NCBI GenBank assembly: GCA_964291675.2
Contig: OZ219865.1
Coordinates: 832,001-896,000 of the forward strand
Direction of reading: 5' to 3'
Origin: Alphaproteobacteria bacterium
Lineage (GTDB): Bacteria; Pseudomonadota; Alphaproteobacteria; MPNO01
DNA length: 64,000 nucleotides
A model generated the notes under the pieces. It ran no database searches and was not told the origin of the DNA. It was given only the letters and a program-made list of their open reading frames with translations. The position numbers and the translations under genes were made by a program. Numbering within the stretch: position 1 is the first letter of the stretch; each line of letters opens with the position of its first letter. This document shows, piece after piece, positions 37,297 through 47,648 of the stretch.

Positions 37297-38532
37297 TCAC
37301 GCCGCGCGCATCGTCTCCGGCGGGCAGACGTCGCGCAGCAGGCGGCGGTCGGGGACGATCTCCCTGCCCTCGCGGAACACCGTCTCCGGCACCAGCCGGC
37401 GCTCGACCGCGAGCTCCTCGCCCGTCGAATCGGCGAGCGTCCAGCGCCCTTCCGCCAGATCCAGCACCGTGATGTCGGCCCGGCTGCCGGGCGCCAGCGT
37501 GCCGATCTCGCCGGCCTCGCCCAGGATCAGGGCCGGGTTGAGCGTCGCCCGCGTCACCACGTCGGCGAGATCCATGCCGAGCGCCCACAGCTTCGACATC
37601 GCGCCGCACAGGCTGTAGTCGAGCTTCGAATCGTCGTGATAGGCGTGGAAGTCGGAATGCACGTCGCTGGAGATCGTGTTGGGCAGCACGCCTTCGGCCA
37701 TCATCCGGCGCGCGATGTCGAAGGAGAAATTGACCCCGTGGCCGATATCGAAGTGGATGCCGCGCTCCAGCGCCTCGTGGACCGCGCGCGGCACATCGTC
37801 GCCCTCCCCCATGATCCCGTCGGGCATGGTTGAGTAAACATGGGCGAGCGTGGTCCCGGGGTTCAGCACCGGCACGACCTCGGCGAGCACGCTTGCCGGG
37901 TCGGGTCGCCTCGCCTCGTCGACCGGGAACAGCTCGCCGGTGTGAACGTAGAGCGGCAGCCCGGTCGCCGCCCCGGCCTCGACCGCCATTCTCAGCACCT
38001 CCAGCCCCCAATGGGAGAGCCCGCCCGATTCGCCGTGGCTCTTGATGCCCTTGACCAGGTTCGGCCAGGCGGCGGCCGCCTCGGCGATGGCCTCGATGCG
38101 CATCATGCCGGGGTTGTGCAGCGTGGTCCCCTCCATGCCGCCCTTGAGCGCGCCGGCGAGGTTGGCGGAGACGAAGGCGCGCACGTCGGTCTCGGCCGGG
38201 CGCGCGACATAGGCGTCGAACCCGCCGATCGTCCAGGCCCCGGCGCTCCCCTGGTCGACGATCGTGGTGGCGCCCGAATGCACCCCCGCCTCGTCCGGGT
38301 GCAGGCCGAAATTGGTCACCCATTCGTAGACATGGACGTGCAGGTCGATCAGCCCGGGACAGACCAGCTTGCCGCGCGCGTCGAAATGCCGCGCCGCGCG
38401 GTGCGGCGGAAGCGCGGGCGCGAACGCCGCGATCCGCCCGTCGCTGACGGCGATCTCGGCGGGTCCGCGGAAGCCGCTGCCGGGATCGACCGCATCGTCG
38501 CAGGCGATGACGAGGTCGTAGGCCTCCGCCAT
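37297..38532 (-). CDS. Amidohydrolase/deacetylase (dihydroorotase-like metallohydrolase)
   Basis: PGLIDLHVH, TTIVDQGSAG, IKSH, DIGHG, ISSDVH. Confidence 0.85.
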   Translation of the reverse strand: MAEAYDLVIACDDAVDPGSGFRGPAEIAVSDGRIAAFAPALPPHRAARHFDARGKLVCPGLIDLHVHVYEWVTNFGLHPDEAGVHSGATTIVDQGSAGAWTIGGFDAYVARPAETDVRAFVSANLAGALKGGMEGTTLHNPGMMRIEAIAEAAAAWPNLVKGIKSHGESGGLSHWGLEVLRMAVEAGAATGLPLYVHTGELFPVDEARRPDPASVLAEVVPVLNPGTTLAHVYSTMPDGIMGEGDDVPRAVHEALERGIHFDIGHGVNFSFDIARRMMAEGVLPNTISSDVHSDFHAYHDDSKLDYSLCGAMSKLWALGMDLADVVTRATLNPALILGEAGEIGTLAPGSRADITVLDLAEGRWTLADSTGEELAVERRLVPETVFREGREIVPDRRLLRDVCPPETMRAA

Positions 38533-38537
38533 CGCCC

Positions 38538-38972
38538 CTACTCCGCGGCTTCCGCCGTCGGCGCCGGCTCCGCGGCGGGCACGACCTCCTTGACCGCGCC
38601 CTTCCAGCCGTTCTCGGTGAGGTCGAAGATCTGGCCCAGAGGGTCGCGGTACTTGACCTCGTAGAAGGTGTTCGGGTTGCCGGTCGGCTCGCCCATCACA
38701 TGGGTGGCGCCCGCCGCCTCGACCTTGCGGCGCGCCTCGTCGATGTCGTCGACCCAGATGCCGAAATGCTCGATTCCGTAGAACGGCTCCTCGCCCTCGT
38801 AGCCGAGCGGGCGGCCTTCGCGGGCGAGCAGGGCGACGTTGATCGTGCCGTCCGACATGTAGACGCCCGAGCCGGCCTTGCCGACCGCCGTCATGTCGAA
38901 GGCCTCTTCGAAGAATTTCTGTGCGACCTCCAGATCGGCGACCGAGATCGCGATATGCCGCAGCTTGGCCAT
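38538..38972 (-). CDS. VOC (glyoxalase/bleomycin resistance) family protein
   Basis: LRHIAISV, HFGIWVDD, EVKYRDP. Confidence 0.85.
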   Translation of the reverse strand: MAKLRHIAISVADLEVAQKFFEEAFDMTAVGKAGSGVYMSDGTINVALLAREGRPLGYEGEEPFYGIEHFGIWVDDIDEARRKVEAAGATHVMGEPTGNPNTFYEVKYRDPLGQIFDLTENGWKGAVKEVVPAAEPAPTAEAAE

Positions 38973-39068
38973 GAGACTCCTCCCGTTGGGCCGGGCGATG
39001 CTCTCAGCCGCAAGCGGGGGTGTCAACGATTCGTGGAACGCGGGCCGCGCCGCTATGCCGCCGTCTGG

Positions 39069-39155
39069 CGTCCCTCGATACAGCGCTGGCGCGCCTGCTC
39101 GGGACGAGGGCGGTTTGCTGTTGCCCGCTCACCCCTCATCCTGAGTAGCCCGCCG
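39069..39155. repeat. REP-like repeat, family A (partial)
   Basis: CGTCCCTCGATAC...CCCTCATCCTGAGTAGCCCG. Confidence 0.7.
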
Positions 39156-39228
39156 GGCTGCGGCGCCGGGCCCGGCGTGGTAGAGCAGTGCCGGGGCGGA
39201 CCGCCCCGGGGCATTACGGACGGCAGAT

Positions 39229-40140
39229 TTGACCTTTCCCGGCGGCGCGGCCGCCTTCCATGGCCTTCCGGGCGCGGTACGCGCCGCGTTCTGGTTCGTC
39301 GCGGCCGGTACGCTGTTCCTGCTGATGATGGCGCTGTCGCGGCTGGTGACCGACGAGCTCCACGTGCTGCTGGTCGTGTTCTGGCGCGCCGCGTTCGGCC
39401 TCGTCGCCATGGCGCCCTGGCTCGCCGGGCGCGGCATGGCGGCGATGGCAACGCGCAAGCTCGGCTTCCACGCGCTGCGCACCGCGCTCGGCTATGGCGG
39501 GCTGCTCTGCACCTTCTACGCCGTCACCATGCTGCCGATCGCCGACATCACCGCGATCACCTTCATCCGCCCGGTGGTCGCGACCCTGCTCGCCATCGCC
39601 ATCCTCGGCGAGAAATCGCGCGCCCGGCGCTGGACCGCCATCGCGGTCGGCATCGTCGGCGCGGCCATCGTCATCCGCCCCGGCTTCGCGGAGATCAATC
39701 CGGGCGTGTTCCTGGTGTTCGGGGTGGTGCTGTCGGGGGCGATGCATGCCATCCTCGCGCGCTATATCGTGCGCACCGATTCCCCCGACACCATGGCGAT
39801 GTACATGGTGCTGTTCCTGCTGCTGTTCTCGGCCGGGCCCGCGGTCGCGGTCTGGCAATGGCCGAGCCTCGACCAGCTCCCCTATCTGGTGGCGATCGGC
39901 GTGTTCGGCACCTTCAGCCAGCGCTGCCTCGCCCGCGCCTTCCATGCCGCCGATGCCTCGGTCGTGGTCTCGTTCGACTATCTCCGCCTGCCGATCGCGG
40001 CGGCGATCGGCTTCCTGTTCTTCGCCGAGATCCCGGACATCTGGGTGTGGGCCGGGGCGGGCGTGATCTGCGTCTCTTCGGTGCTGCTCGCGCGGCGCGA
40101 ATCGGCGGCCGAGCGCGCCGGCAGGGGATCGGCGCGGTGA
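39229..40140 (+). CDS. DMT/EamA family transporter
   Basis: ~10 hydrophobic segments, ILGEK, IRPG, FDYLRLP. TTG start. Confidence 0.88.
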   Translation: MTFPGGAAAFHGLPGAVRAAFWFVAAGTLFLLMMALSRLVTDELHVLLVVFWRAAFGLVAMAPWLAGRGMAAMATRKLGFHALRTALGYGGLLCTFYAVTMLPIADITAITFIRPVVATLLAIAILGEKSRARRWTAIAVGIVGAAIVIRPGFAEINPGVFLVFGVVLSGAMHAILARYIVRTDSPDTMAMYMVLFLLLFSAGPAVAVWQWPSLDQLPYLVAIGVFGTFSQRCLARAFHAADASVVVSFDYLRLPIAAAIGFLFFAEIPDIWVWAGAGVICVSSVLLARRESAAERAGRGSAR

Positions 40141-41021
40141 CCGGGGACGCGTTCCGCCGCATGCCGGGCGCAATGCGGGGCGCGCTCTGGATGCTGCTCG
40201 CCGCCGCCTTCTTCTCGGCGATGACCGCCTGCATCCGCCACCTCGCCGAGACCGGCTTCCACCCGCTGATGACCTCGTTCTGGCGCAGCGTCATCGGCAT
40301 GGCGCTGCTGCTGCCCTTCTTCCTGCGGCAGGGCGTGGCCGGGCTGGCCACGAAGCGGCACGGGCTGTTCCTCGGCCGCGGTCTCGCCTCGGCGGCGGCC
40401 CAGGCGGCGTTCTTCCTCGCGGTCGCCTTCCTGCCGCTGGCGGACGCGGTCTCGCTCACCTTCACCGCGCCGCTGTTCGGCGCGCTGCTTGCCGTCCTGT
40501 TCCTCGGCGAGTCGGTCGGTCTGCGCCGCGCCGCGGTGCTCGCCGCGGGCTTCCTCGGCGTGCTGGTCATCCTCCGGCCGGGCTTCAAGGAGGTCGACTG
40601 GCAGTTCTCGATGCCGCTGGTCGCGGCGCTCGGCATGGCGACGATCTGGATACTGGTGAAGCGGCTGTCGGCGACCGAGCCGACCGAGCGCATCGTGTTC
40701 TACATGATCGCCTACACCGTACCGGTCAGCTTCGCGATGGCGCTGTTCGTCTGGCAGACGCCAACCCTCGAACAGCTCGCATGGCTGGTGGTCACCGCCG
40801 TGGTCGCCAATAGCGGCCAGTTCGCGATGACCAACTCCTACCGCGCGGCCGAGGCCACATCGGTCTTCCCCTTCGACTTCGCGCGTCTCCCGCTGACCGC
40901 GCTGCTCGCCTGGCTCGCCTTCTCCGAGAAGCCGGATTTCTGGACGTGGGCGGGCGCTGCGGTCATCTTCGCCGCCTCGGCGCAGCAGATGCGCGCCGAA
41001 CGGCGGCGCCCCGGTCCATGA
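40137..41021 (+). CDS. DMT/EamA family transporter
   Basis: FTAPLF, LFLGE, LRPG, FDFARLP. GTGA overlap with the previous gene. Confidence 0.88.
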   Translation: MTGDAFRRMPGAMRGALWMLLAAAFFSAMTACIRHLAETGFHPLMTSFWRSVIGMALLLPFFLRQGVAGLATKRHGLFLGRGLASAAAQAAFFLAVAFLPLADAVSLTFTAPLFGALLAVLFLGESVGLRRAAVLAAGFLGVLVILRPGFKEVDWQFSMPLVAALGMATIWILVKRLSATEPTERIVFYMIAYTVPVSFAMALFVWQTPTLEQLAWLVVTAVVANSGQFAMTNSYRAAEATSVFPFDFARLPLTALLAWLAFSEKPDFWTWAGAAVIFAASAQQMRAERRRPGP

Positions 41022-41878
41022 TGCTGGAGCGCATCCGCGCCCTGCCGGGCAACGCGCAGGGCGCGGTCTGGATCCTCGTCGGATCGCTGTTCCTGTCGGC
41101 CAACGACGCGGTGGTGAAGACGCTGGGCGCCGATTTCCACCCGATCCAGATGGCGCTGTTCCGCTATGCGATCGGCATGGCGCTGCTCGCCCCCTGGTTC
41201 GTGAAGGCGGGGCGCGAGAGCTGGCGGACCGAGCGCCTCGGCACCCATCTCGCCCGCGCCGTGGTCGCCGGAATCGGCCAGGCCGCGGTCTATTACGGGG
41301 TGATCCACCTCTACCTGGCCGATGCGACCGCGGTCGCCTTCAGCCGTCCCCTGTTCCTGACCCTGCTCGCGGTGCTGATCCTCGGCGAGGTGGTCGGCTG
41401 GCGGCGCTGGGCGGCGACCGCTTTCGGCTTTCTCGGCGTCCTGGTGATGGTGCGCCCGGGCGGCGCGCCGTTCGACATCGCCTGGGCGGTGGCGCTGCTG
41501 GCGGCGGTGCTGTTCGCGCTCGGCATCGTCTTCATCCGCACCCTCGCGACCACCGAGCCGCCGATCCGCATCCTGTTCTACTACCACGTCTTCGGCATCG
41601 CGCTGTTCCTCGGGCCCGCCATCGCGCTCTGGCAGCCGCCGGAGCCGGGACAGCTCGCCCTGCTCGCGCTGATCGGCGCGCTGACCTGCGCCGGGATGGT
41701 CTGCTTCGTGCAGGGTTTCAGCGTCGGCGAGGCGAGCTTCGTCGGGCCGTTCGAGTATCTCCGGCTGATCTACGCCGCGTCGATCGGCTACTACATGTTC
41801 GCCGAGATCCCCTCGGTCTGGACCGGGGTCGGCGCGCTGATGATCATCGCCAGCGCGCTCTACATCGCGCGCCGGTGA
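41018..41878 (+). CDS. DMT/EamA family transporter
   Basis: FSRPLF, ILGE, VRPG, FEYLRL. ATGA overlap. Confidence 0.88.
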   Translation: MMLERIRALPGNAQGAVWILVGSLFLSANDAVVKTLGADFHPIQMALFRYAIGMALLAPWFVKAGRESWRTERLGTHLARAVVAGIGQAAVYYGVIHLYLADATAVAFSRPLFLTLLAVLILGEVVGWRRWAATAFGFLGVLVMVRPGGAPFDIAWAVALLAAVLFALGIVFIRTLATTEPPIRILFYYHVFGIALFLGPAIALWQPPEPGQLALLALIGALTCAGMVCFVQGFSVGEASFVGPFEYLRLIYAASIGYYMFAEIPSVWTGVGALMIIASALYIARR

Positions 41879-41964
41879 GGCCCGCCGGCCACGCCCCGTC
41901 GGCAGCCGTCCCGCGCGGGCCGCCGGTTTCGACCGGGGGCGTTCGCGCCCGCGCCCGGCCGGGT

Positions 41965-42975
41965 TCAGCGCGCCCGTGAACGGGCCGATCCGCGGAAGCT
42001 CACCATCCGGTCGCGATCCTCGTCCCACAGAACCAGGCGCAAGGCCGCGAGCCCCTCGCGCAAGGTGAGTGCCGGAACGTCGCAATGCGTGGCGACCCGC
42101 TCGTGGCATTTCTGGAGCCGGTAATTGGGCACGCGCGGGTTCAGGTGATGCACGTGATGGAACCCGATATTCCCGGTGAACCATTGCAGCACCGCCGGCA
42201 GGCGCAGATAGGTCGCCCCCTGCAAGGAGGCGGAGGTCCGGTCCCAGGCATGGTGACGGGCCCATCGAGTCCTTTCGCTGCGGTGCTGCACCGAGAACAG
42301 CCAGACGCCGATGATCGCCGCCAGAACCACGACCGGCGCCTGGACCGCCGCGACCGACCCGTAGCCGAGCGGCAGGCCGGCGACGCCGACGGTCGCGGCG
42401 ACCGCGAGCGTGGTCAGATGCACCATGCGCCGTTCCCGCCGCCAGGATTTCGGCATGTCGAACGGCAGGCGGTAGAGCAAGGCGAACACCAGGGGCGGCA
42501 GCAGGATGTTGGCGACCAGCGGATGCCGCAAGGCGCGGTAGCGCCAACGCCTCCCCGGGGTCAGCGCCCGGTATTCGGCGACGGTCAGGCAGGAGGAATA
42601 GATGTCGACGCCGCTTTGGCGCCGGTCCAGATTGTTCCATGCGCTGTGGTGATCGGCGTGCTGCCGCCGCCAGGACGCGAAGGGCGTCAGCGTCAGAAGG
42701 CTGCACGCGAAGCCGACGATCTGGTTTGCCCGGCGTGCGCGGAAGAACGCCAGATGGCCGCAATCGTGCTGAATGATGAAGATGCGCACCAGAAACCCGG
42801 CGGCCAGCGGCGCGAGCGCGGGCGCCGCCCAATGCGACAGGTCGGTGACGGCGTACATCGCCGCGCACGTGGCGAAGAACCCGCCGAACGAGGTTGCGAT
42901 CTGCGACAGGCTCTTGCGCAGGATGGGCGTCTGAAACCGCGCCACCTCGCGGCGCAGATGCGATTTTGCGATCAT
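41965..42975 (-). CDS. Membrane fatty acid desaturase
   Basis: Three His boxes HDCGH, HADHH, HHVHH; GNIGFH, PNYRL. Confidence 0.92.
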   Translation of the reverse strand: MIAKSHLRREVARFQTPILRKSLSQIATSFGGFFATCAAMYAVTDLSHWAAPALAPLAAGFLVRIFIIQHDCGHLAFFRARRANQIVGFACSLLTLTPFASWRRQHADHHSAWNNLDRRQSGVDIYSSCLTVAEYRALTPGRRWRYRALRHPLVANILLPPLVFALLYRLPFDMPKSWRRERRMVHLTTLAVAATVGVAGLPLGYGSVAAVQAPVVVLAAIIGVWLFSVQHRSERTRWARHHAWDRTSASLQGATYLRLPAVLQWFTGNIGFHHVHHLNPRVPNYRLQKCHERVATHCDVPALTLREGLAALRLVLWDEDRDRMVSFRGSARSRAR

Positions 42976-43086
42976 GTGCGGGATTCCGTGGTTGAAGTGG
43001 CAAGGGCGCGCGGCCCGGCTGGCGGTCAGCGGGCCCTCCCCTCCGCGACTATCCCTGGCGGCCGCCGGCGCCCCGTCGCGTATCGC

Positions 43087-43092
43087 ATTATA
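43087..43092 (-). promoter_or_regulatory. Candidate -10 box (TATAAT) for the desaturase
   Basis: Perfect TATAAT on the minus strand ~110 nt upstream of the ATG in GC-rich DNA. No clear -35. Confidence 0.35.
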
Positions 43093-43250
43093 CTACCGCA
43101 ACCCGGCGGACCCGGCGAGGCGCGCACCCCGCCGTTCCCCCGCCGCCACCGCGAACCCGAGCCGGGAGCCTCTGCCGGAACGGGGCCGGGGTGGCGGCTT
43201 CGGGCTCCGCGGCAATGCGGCCGATCGCCGGGCGTCGTGGAGAACGCCGC

Positions 43251-43895
43251 TCAGCCCGCCGGGCTCCAGACGACGACGCGGATCGGGGTCGGGTTGTAGT
43301 CGTTGACCGGGTTGTTGATCTGCGGGCAGTTGGAGATCACCGCGAGAACGTCGTTCTCGGCCCTGAGATCGACGTAGTCGCCGGGCTTGGACAGGCTCGG
43401 CCCGACATCCATCTCGCCGTTTTCGCGCACCGGCACGTACATGAAGAAATTGACGTTGGCGACGATGTCGTCCTTGCCCATGCCGTGCCTGCCGAGCTCG
43501 GCGATGAAGTTGTCGCGGCAGTTGGGCTGGTGGGGCGTGCCGTAGCGGAAGGCGTTGATCGGCGCGCTGCAGCACCCGCCGATGGTGTCGTGGAAGCCGC
43601 AGCTGTCGGCGACGATGGTAAAGAGCGGCGTGACCTCGACGCTGTAGAGCACCGTGCCGGTGGTGAGGTAGATGCCCGCCGCGTTGACCTTCATCGTGTC
43701 GGCGGCGGCGTAGCGATCGCTCGGGTCCTTGGCGTTGTAGCACAGGAAATCGACCGCCTGGCGGCCCTCCAGGTCGACGATCCGCAGCATTTGGCCCTTC
43801 TCGATCACCCGGCTCCACGGAGCCCGCGCGGCGACCACGGTGTCCTCGACGACGGTGCCGTCGATCGCCGATCCCGCTATGTCGGAGGCGGCCAT
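43251..43895 (-). CDS. DUF1989 / urea carboxylase-associated family protein
   Basis: EGRQAVDF, HDTIGGCC, NCRDNF, NFFMYVP, ISNCPQINNP. Confidence 0.88.
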   Translation of the reverse strand: MAASDIAGSAIDGTVVEDTVVAARAPWSRVIEKGQMLRIVDLEGRQAVDFLCYNAKDPSDRYAAADTMKVNAAGIYLTTGTVLYSVEVTPLFTIVADSCGFHDTIGGCCSAPINAFRYGTPHQPNCRDNFIAELGRHGMGKDDIVANVNFFMYVPVRENGEMDVGPSLSKPGDYVDLRAENDVLAVISNCPQINNPVNDYNPTPIRVVVWSPAG

Positions 43896-43911
43896 GGCGT
43901 GCCCTCCCGGC

Positions 43912-46242
43912 TCAGTCCACCAGCTCGGATACCTTGTCGGGGTCCGAGCCGCTCTTCTTCGGACGCTTGGGCTTGGCGGGCACCGGCTCGACGAAATCGA
44001 AGGTCAGCCGGTCGTCCTTGAGGTCGACCTGCACGGTGCCGCCCTTGGCGAGCCTGCCGAACAGGAGCTCGTCGGCGAGCGGCGTCTTGATGTGCTCCTG
44101 GATGCGCCGGGCGAGCGGCCTGGCGCCATAGGTCGCGTCATAGCCGGTCCTGACCAGCCAGTCGCGCGCCGCGGGCGTCAGCTCGATGGTGACGTTGCGG
44201 TCCTGGAGCTGCGCCTCGAGCTGGATGATGAACTTGTCGACCACCCGGGCGACGATCGCCGGCGGCAGCGAGGCGAACTGGATGGTCTTGTCGAGCCGGT
44301 TGCGGAACTCCGGCGTGAACATCCGCTTGATCGCCTCCTCGTCCTCGCCGACCCGGGCCTCGCGCTCGAAGCCGATGGCCGGCCTGGCGAGCTCGGCGGC
44401 GCCGGCATTGGTGGTCATGATCAGGATCGCGTTGCGGAAGTCGACGCTCTTGCCGTTGTGATCGGTGAGCTTCCCGTGATCCATGATCTGCAGCAGGATG
44501 TTGAACAAATCGGGATGCGCCTTCTCGATCTCGTCGAGCAGCAGGACGGCGTGCGGGTGCTGGTCGATCGCATCGGTCAGCAGCCCGCCCTGGTCGAATC
44601 CGACATAGCCCGGCGGCGCGCCGATCAGCCGCGAGACCGAGTGGCGCTCCATGTATTCCGACATGTCGAAGCGGATCAGCTCGATGCCCATGGTCATGGC
44701 GAGCTGGCGCGCGACCTCGGTCTTGCCGACCCCGGTGGGGCCGGAGAACAGGTAGCAGCCGATCGGCTTCTCGGGCTCGCGCAGCCCGGCGCGGGCGAGC
44801 TTGATCGCCGATGTCAGCGCCTCGATGGCGCTGTCCTGGCCGAACACGACCGTCTTGAGGTCGCGCTCCAGGTTCTGCAGCGTCTCCTGGTCGTTGCGCG
44901 AGACCGATTTGGGCGGGATGCGGGCGATCTTGGCGACCACCGCCTCCACGTCCTTGACCGTGATCAGCTTCTTGCGCCGGCTCTCGGGCACCAGGTTCTG
45001 GGCCGCGCCGGTCTCGTCGATCACGTCGATCGCCTTGTCGGGCAGCTTGCGGTCGTTGATGTAGCGGGCGGCCAGCTCGACGGCGGTGCGGATCGCCTCC
45101 GCCGTGTAGCGCACCCGGTGATGCTTCTCGTAATAGGGCTTGAGCCCGCGCAGGATCTTCACCGCGTCGTCGATCGAGGGCTCGATCACGTCGATCTTCT
45201 GGAACCGGCGCGCCAGCGCCCGGTCCTTCTCGAAATAGGAGCGGTATTCCTTGTAGGTGGTCGAGCCGATGCAGCGCAGCGTGCCCGATTGCAGCGCCGG
45301 CTTGAGCAGGTTGGAGGCATCCATCGAGCCGCCGCTGGTCGCGCCGGCGCCGATCACGGTGTGGATCTCGTCGATGAACAGCACCGCGCCGTCATAGGCT
45401 TCGAGCTCTGCGACCACCGCCTTGAGCCGTTCCTCGAAATCGCCGCGGTATCGCGTGCCGGCGAGCAGCGCGCCCATGTCGAGGCAGAAGATCGTCGCGT
45501 CCTGCAGGACGTCCGGCACCTCCGACTTGACGATGCGCCGCGCCAGCCCCTCGGCCAGCGCGGTCTTGCCGACGCCGGAATCGCCGACATAGAGCGGGTT
45601 GTTCTTGGTGCGGCGGCACAGCACCTGGATGGTGCGCTCGATCTCGGCCTCGCGGCCGATCAGCGGGTCGACCTTGCCCGAGGCCGCCTTCTCGTTGAGG
45701 TTGACGCAATAGGTGGCGAGCGCCTCGTTCTGGCGCTTCCCCGGCTTGTCGGGCTTGTCGTCTTCGGCCTGGCGGGTGCCCTGCACGCTGCGGCTCTCCG
45801 AACGGCCGGGCACCTTGGCGATTCCGTGCGAGATGTAGTTGACCGCATCGAACCGCGACATGTCCTGTTCCTGAAGGTAGTAGACGGCGTGCGACTCGCG
45901 CTCGGAGAACATCGCCACCAGGACATTGGCGCCGGTCACCTCCTGACGCCCCGAGGACTGCACGTGGATCGCCGCGCGCTGGACGACGCGCTGGAAGCTC
46001 GCCGTGGGCTTCGGGTCCTCGCCCGAGCTGACCACCAGGTTGGACAGCTCCTTGTCGAGATAGGTCGTCAGATCCTTGCCGAGACGGTCGATCTCGACCC
46101 CGCAGGCGCGCAGGACCGCGACCGCGTCCTGGTCCTCGGTCAGCGCCATCAGCAAATGTTCCAGCGTCGCGTATTCGTGGCTTCGCGCGCTGGCGAGCGC
46201 CAGGGCTCTGTGCAGGCTCTTCTCGAGATTGCGCGACAACAT
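43912..46242 (-). CDS. clpA: ATP-dependent Clp protease ATP-binding subunit ClpA
   Basis: Two AAA+ modules ([16 protein letters not shown]), IGF loop, follows clpS. Confidence 0.97.
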   Translation of the reverse strand: MLSRNLEKSLHRALALASARSHEYATLEHLLMALTEDQDAVAVLRACGVEIDRLGKDLTTYLDKELSNLVVSSGEDPKPTASFQRVVQRAAIHVQSSGRQEVTGANVLVAMFSERESHAVYYLQEQDMSRFDAVNYISHGIAKVPGRSESRSVQGTRQAEDDKPDKPGKRQNEALATYCVNLNEKAASGKVDPLIGREAEIERTIQVLCRRTKNNPLYVGDSGVGKTALAEGLARRIVKSEVPDVLQDATIFCLDMGALLAGTRYRGDFEERLKAVVAELEAYDGAVLFIDEIHTVIGAGATSGGSMDASNLLKPALQSGTLRCIGSTTYKEYRSYFEKDRALARRFQKIDVIEPSIDDAVKILRGLKPYYEKHHRVRYTAEAIRTAVELAARYINDRKLPDKAIDVIDETGAAQNLVPESRRKKLITVKDVEAVVAKIARIPPKSVSRNDQETLQNLERDLKTVVFGQDSAIEALTSAIKLARAGLREPEKPIGCYLFSGPTGVGKTEVARQLAMTMGIELIRFDMSEYMERHSVSRLIGAPPGYVGFDQGGLLTDAIDQHPHAVLLLDEIEKAHPDLFNILLQIMDHGKLTDHNGKSVDFRNAILIMTTNAGAAELARPAIGFEREARVGEDEEAIKRMFTPEFRNRLDKTIQFASLPPAIVARVVDKFIIQLEAQLQDRNVTIELTPAARDWLVRTGYDATYGARPLARRIQEHIKTPLADELLFGRLAKGGTVQVDLKDDRLTFDFVEPVPAKPKRPKKSGSDPDKVSELVD

Positions 46243-46247
46243 CGGGG

Positions 46248-46613
46248 CTATGCCTTCTCAAGGGTACATTGAAGAGGATGCTGGTGCTGGCGGGCAAGGT
46301 CCATCACCTGCGACACTTTGGTTTCCGCGATCTCGTAGGTATAGACGCCGCAAATGCCGACCCCTTTCTGGTGCACGTGCATCATGATGTGGGTCGCCTC
46401 GTCATGCGACTTGTTGAAGAACCGTTCCAGCACCATGACGACGAACTCCATCGGCGTATAGTCGTCGTTGAGCATGACGACCTTGTACATCGACGGTTTC
46501 TTGACCCTGGCCGCGGGTTTGACCGCGACGCCGGTGCCGGGCCCCCGCTCGTCGTCCCCCGCGCCCCGTCGGCTGAGACGGATATCCGATCCGTGGCCGG
46601 GCCGTCCGGTCAT
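46248..46613 (-). CDS. clpS: Clp protease adaptor ClpS
   Basis: [25 protein letters not shown]. Start uncertain. Confidence 0.95.
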   Translation of the reverse strand: MTGRPGHGSDIRLSRRGAGDDERGPGTGVAVKPAARVKKPSMYKVVMLNDDYTPMEFVVMVLERFFNKSHDEATHIMMHVHQKGVGICGVYTYEIAETKVSQVMDLARQHQHPLQCTLEKA

Positions 46614-46744
46614 CCAAGGCACCTCCTGCAACCATGATATGAGAAGCGTCTGAGCGAGGCAAAGCGGTTTGCGCGCGACCACCGCGCCCGGATTCGCTTT
46701 GGTGTAGACTGGCATACCGGGCCGGCCGCAAGGGACATCGCGCG

Positions 46745-47023
46745 ATGCTCTACGTACTCCACATGATCGACAAGCCGGGCGTGCTCGACAAACGCATGGC
46801 CGCGCTGCCCGCGCACCGGGACTACCTGGAGCAGGCGCCGATCGAGGTCGTCATGTCGGGCCCGCTGCAGGCGGAAGACGGCGAGACCATCGTCGGCAGC
46901 CTCTATCTGGTGGAGGTCGAGAAGCGCGAGGACATCGACGCCTTCCTCGCCGAGGACCCGCTCGCCAATGCCGGGGTGTGGGACCGGGTCGACATCAACC
47001 GGTTCTTCCGCCGCGTCGGCTAG
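46745..47023 (+). CDS. YciI family protein
   Basis: AHRDYL, SGPL, GSL, DP motifs. Confidence 0.85.
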   Translation: MLYVLHMIDKPGVLDKRMAALPAHRDYLEQAPIEVVMSGPLQAEDGETIVGSLYLVEVEKREDIDAFLAEDPLANAGVWDRVDINRFFRRVG

Positions 47024-47036
47024 CCCCACCCCCTAC

Positions 47037-47577
47037 GTCATGGCCGGACTTGGTCCACTGCTGTCCGGTTTGTATGAGCTGGACCGGGCGCAAGGCCTTG
47101 TTCCGGGCCGGATATCGGCCCATCCGCCGGATCGGGACACGGATCGCCGCACGCCCGCACTTGCCGTCCCTGCCCCTCCGTTGTCACGCCGGCCTCGTTC
47201 CGGGCACCAACGGGCGGGGCGGGCCGCACCCGGCTCCCGTGCTTCTCCACCGCCACCCCCACCCCGTCATGGCCGGACTTGATCCGGCCACCCATGCGCG
47301 GACTTGATCCGCGCAACCACTGGCGCCACCGGTACAACGCCCCGTCGGGAAGAGCGGCGGCGCCAGTGGATGCCCGGATCAAGTCCGGGCATGACGATGG
47401 GGGGAGGCATGGTGATGGGGCGGAAAACGCCGGGCGCGACGCGCGTCGAAGGCTAAACCGGACAGCAGTGGACTTGGTCCGGGCATCTCTCTCCGCAAGG
47501 CCCGCCCGTCGCCGGGCGAACGCGTGGATGGCCGGAGCAAGCCCCGGACTGCGATCCGGGGCAAGTCGGGCCATGAC
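47037..47577. repeat. Cluster of nested family-B palindromic repeats (GTCATGGCCGGACTTGATCCGG / CCGGATCAAGTCCGGGCATGAC)
   Basis: Several direct and inverted copies, plus an inverted pair GGTCCACTGCTGTCCGGTTT (~47052) / AAACCGGACAGCAGTGGAC (~47455). Lies between convergent genes. Confidence 0.8.
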
Positions 47578-47648
47578 GGGGTGGGTCGCTGGGCGCAGGA
47601 TTTCCCCGCTCCGGTCGAAGTGACGCGGGGCGCCGCGCTTGAGCCGCC

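Noticed and set aside
47037-47577. Possible CRISPR array
   Set aside because: Repeats are inverted, nested and irregularly spaced. No cas genes.
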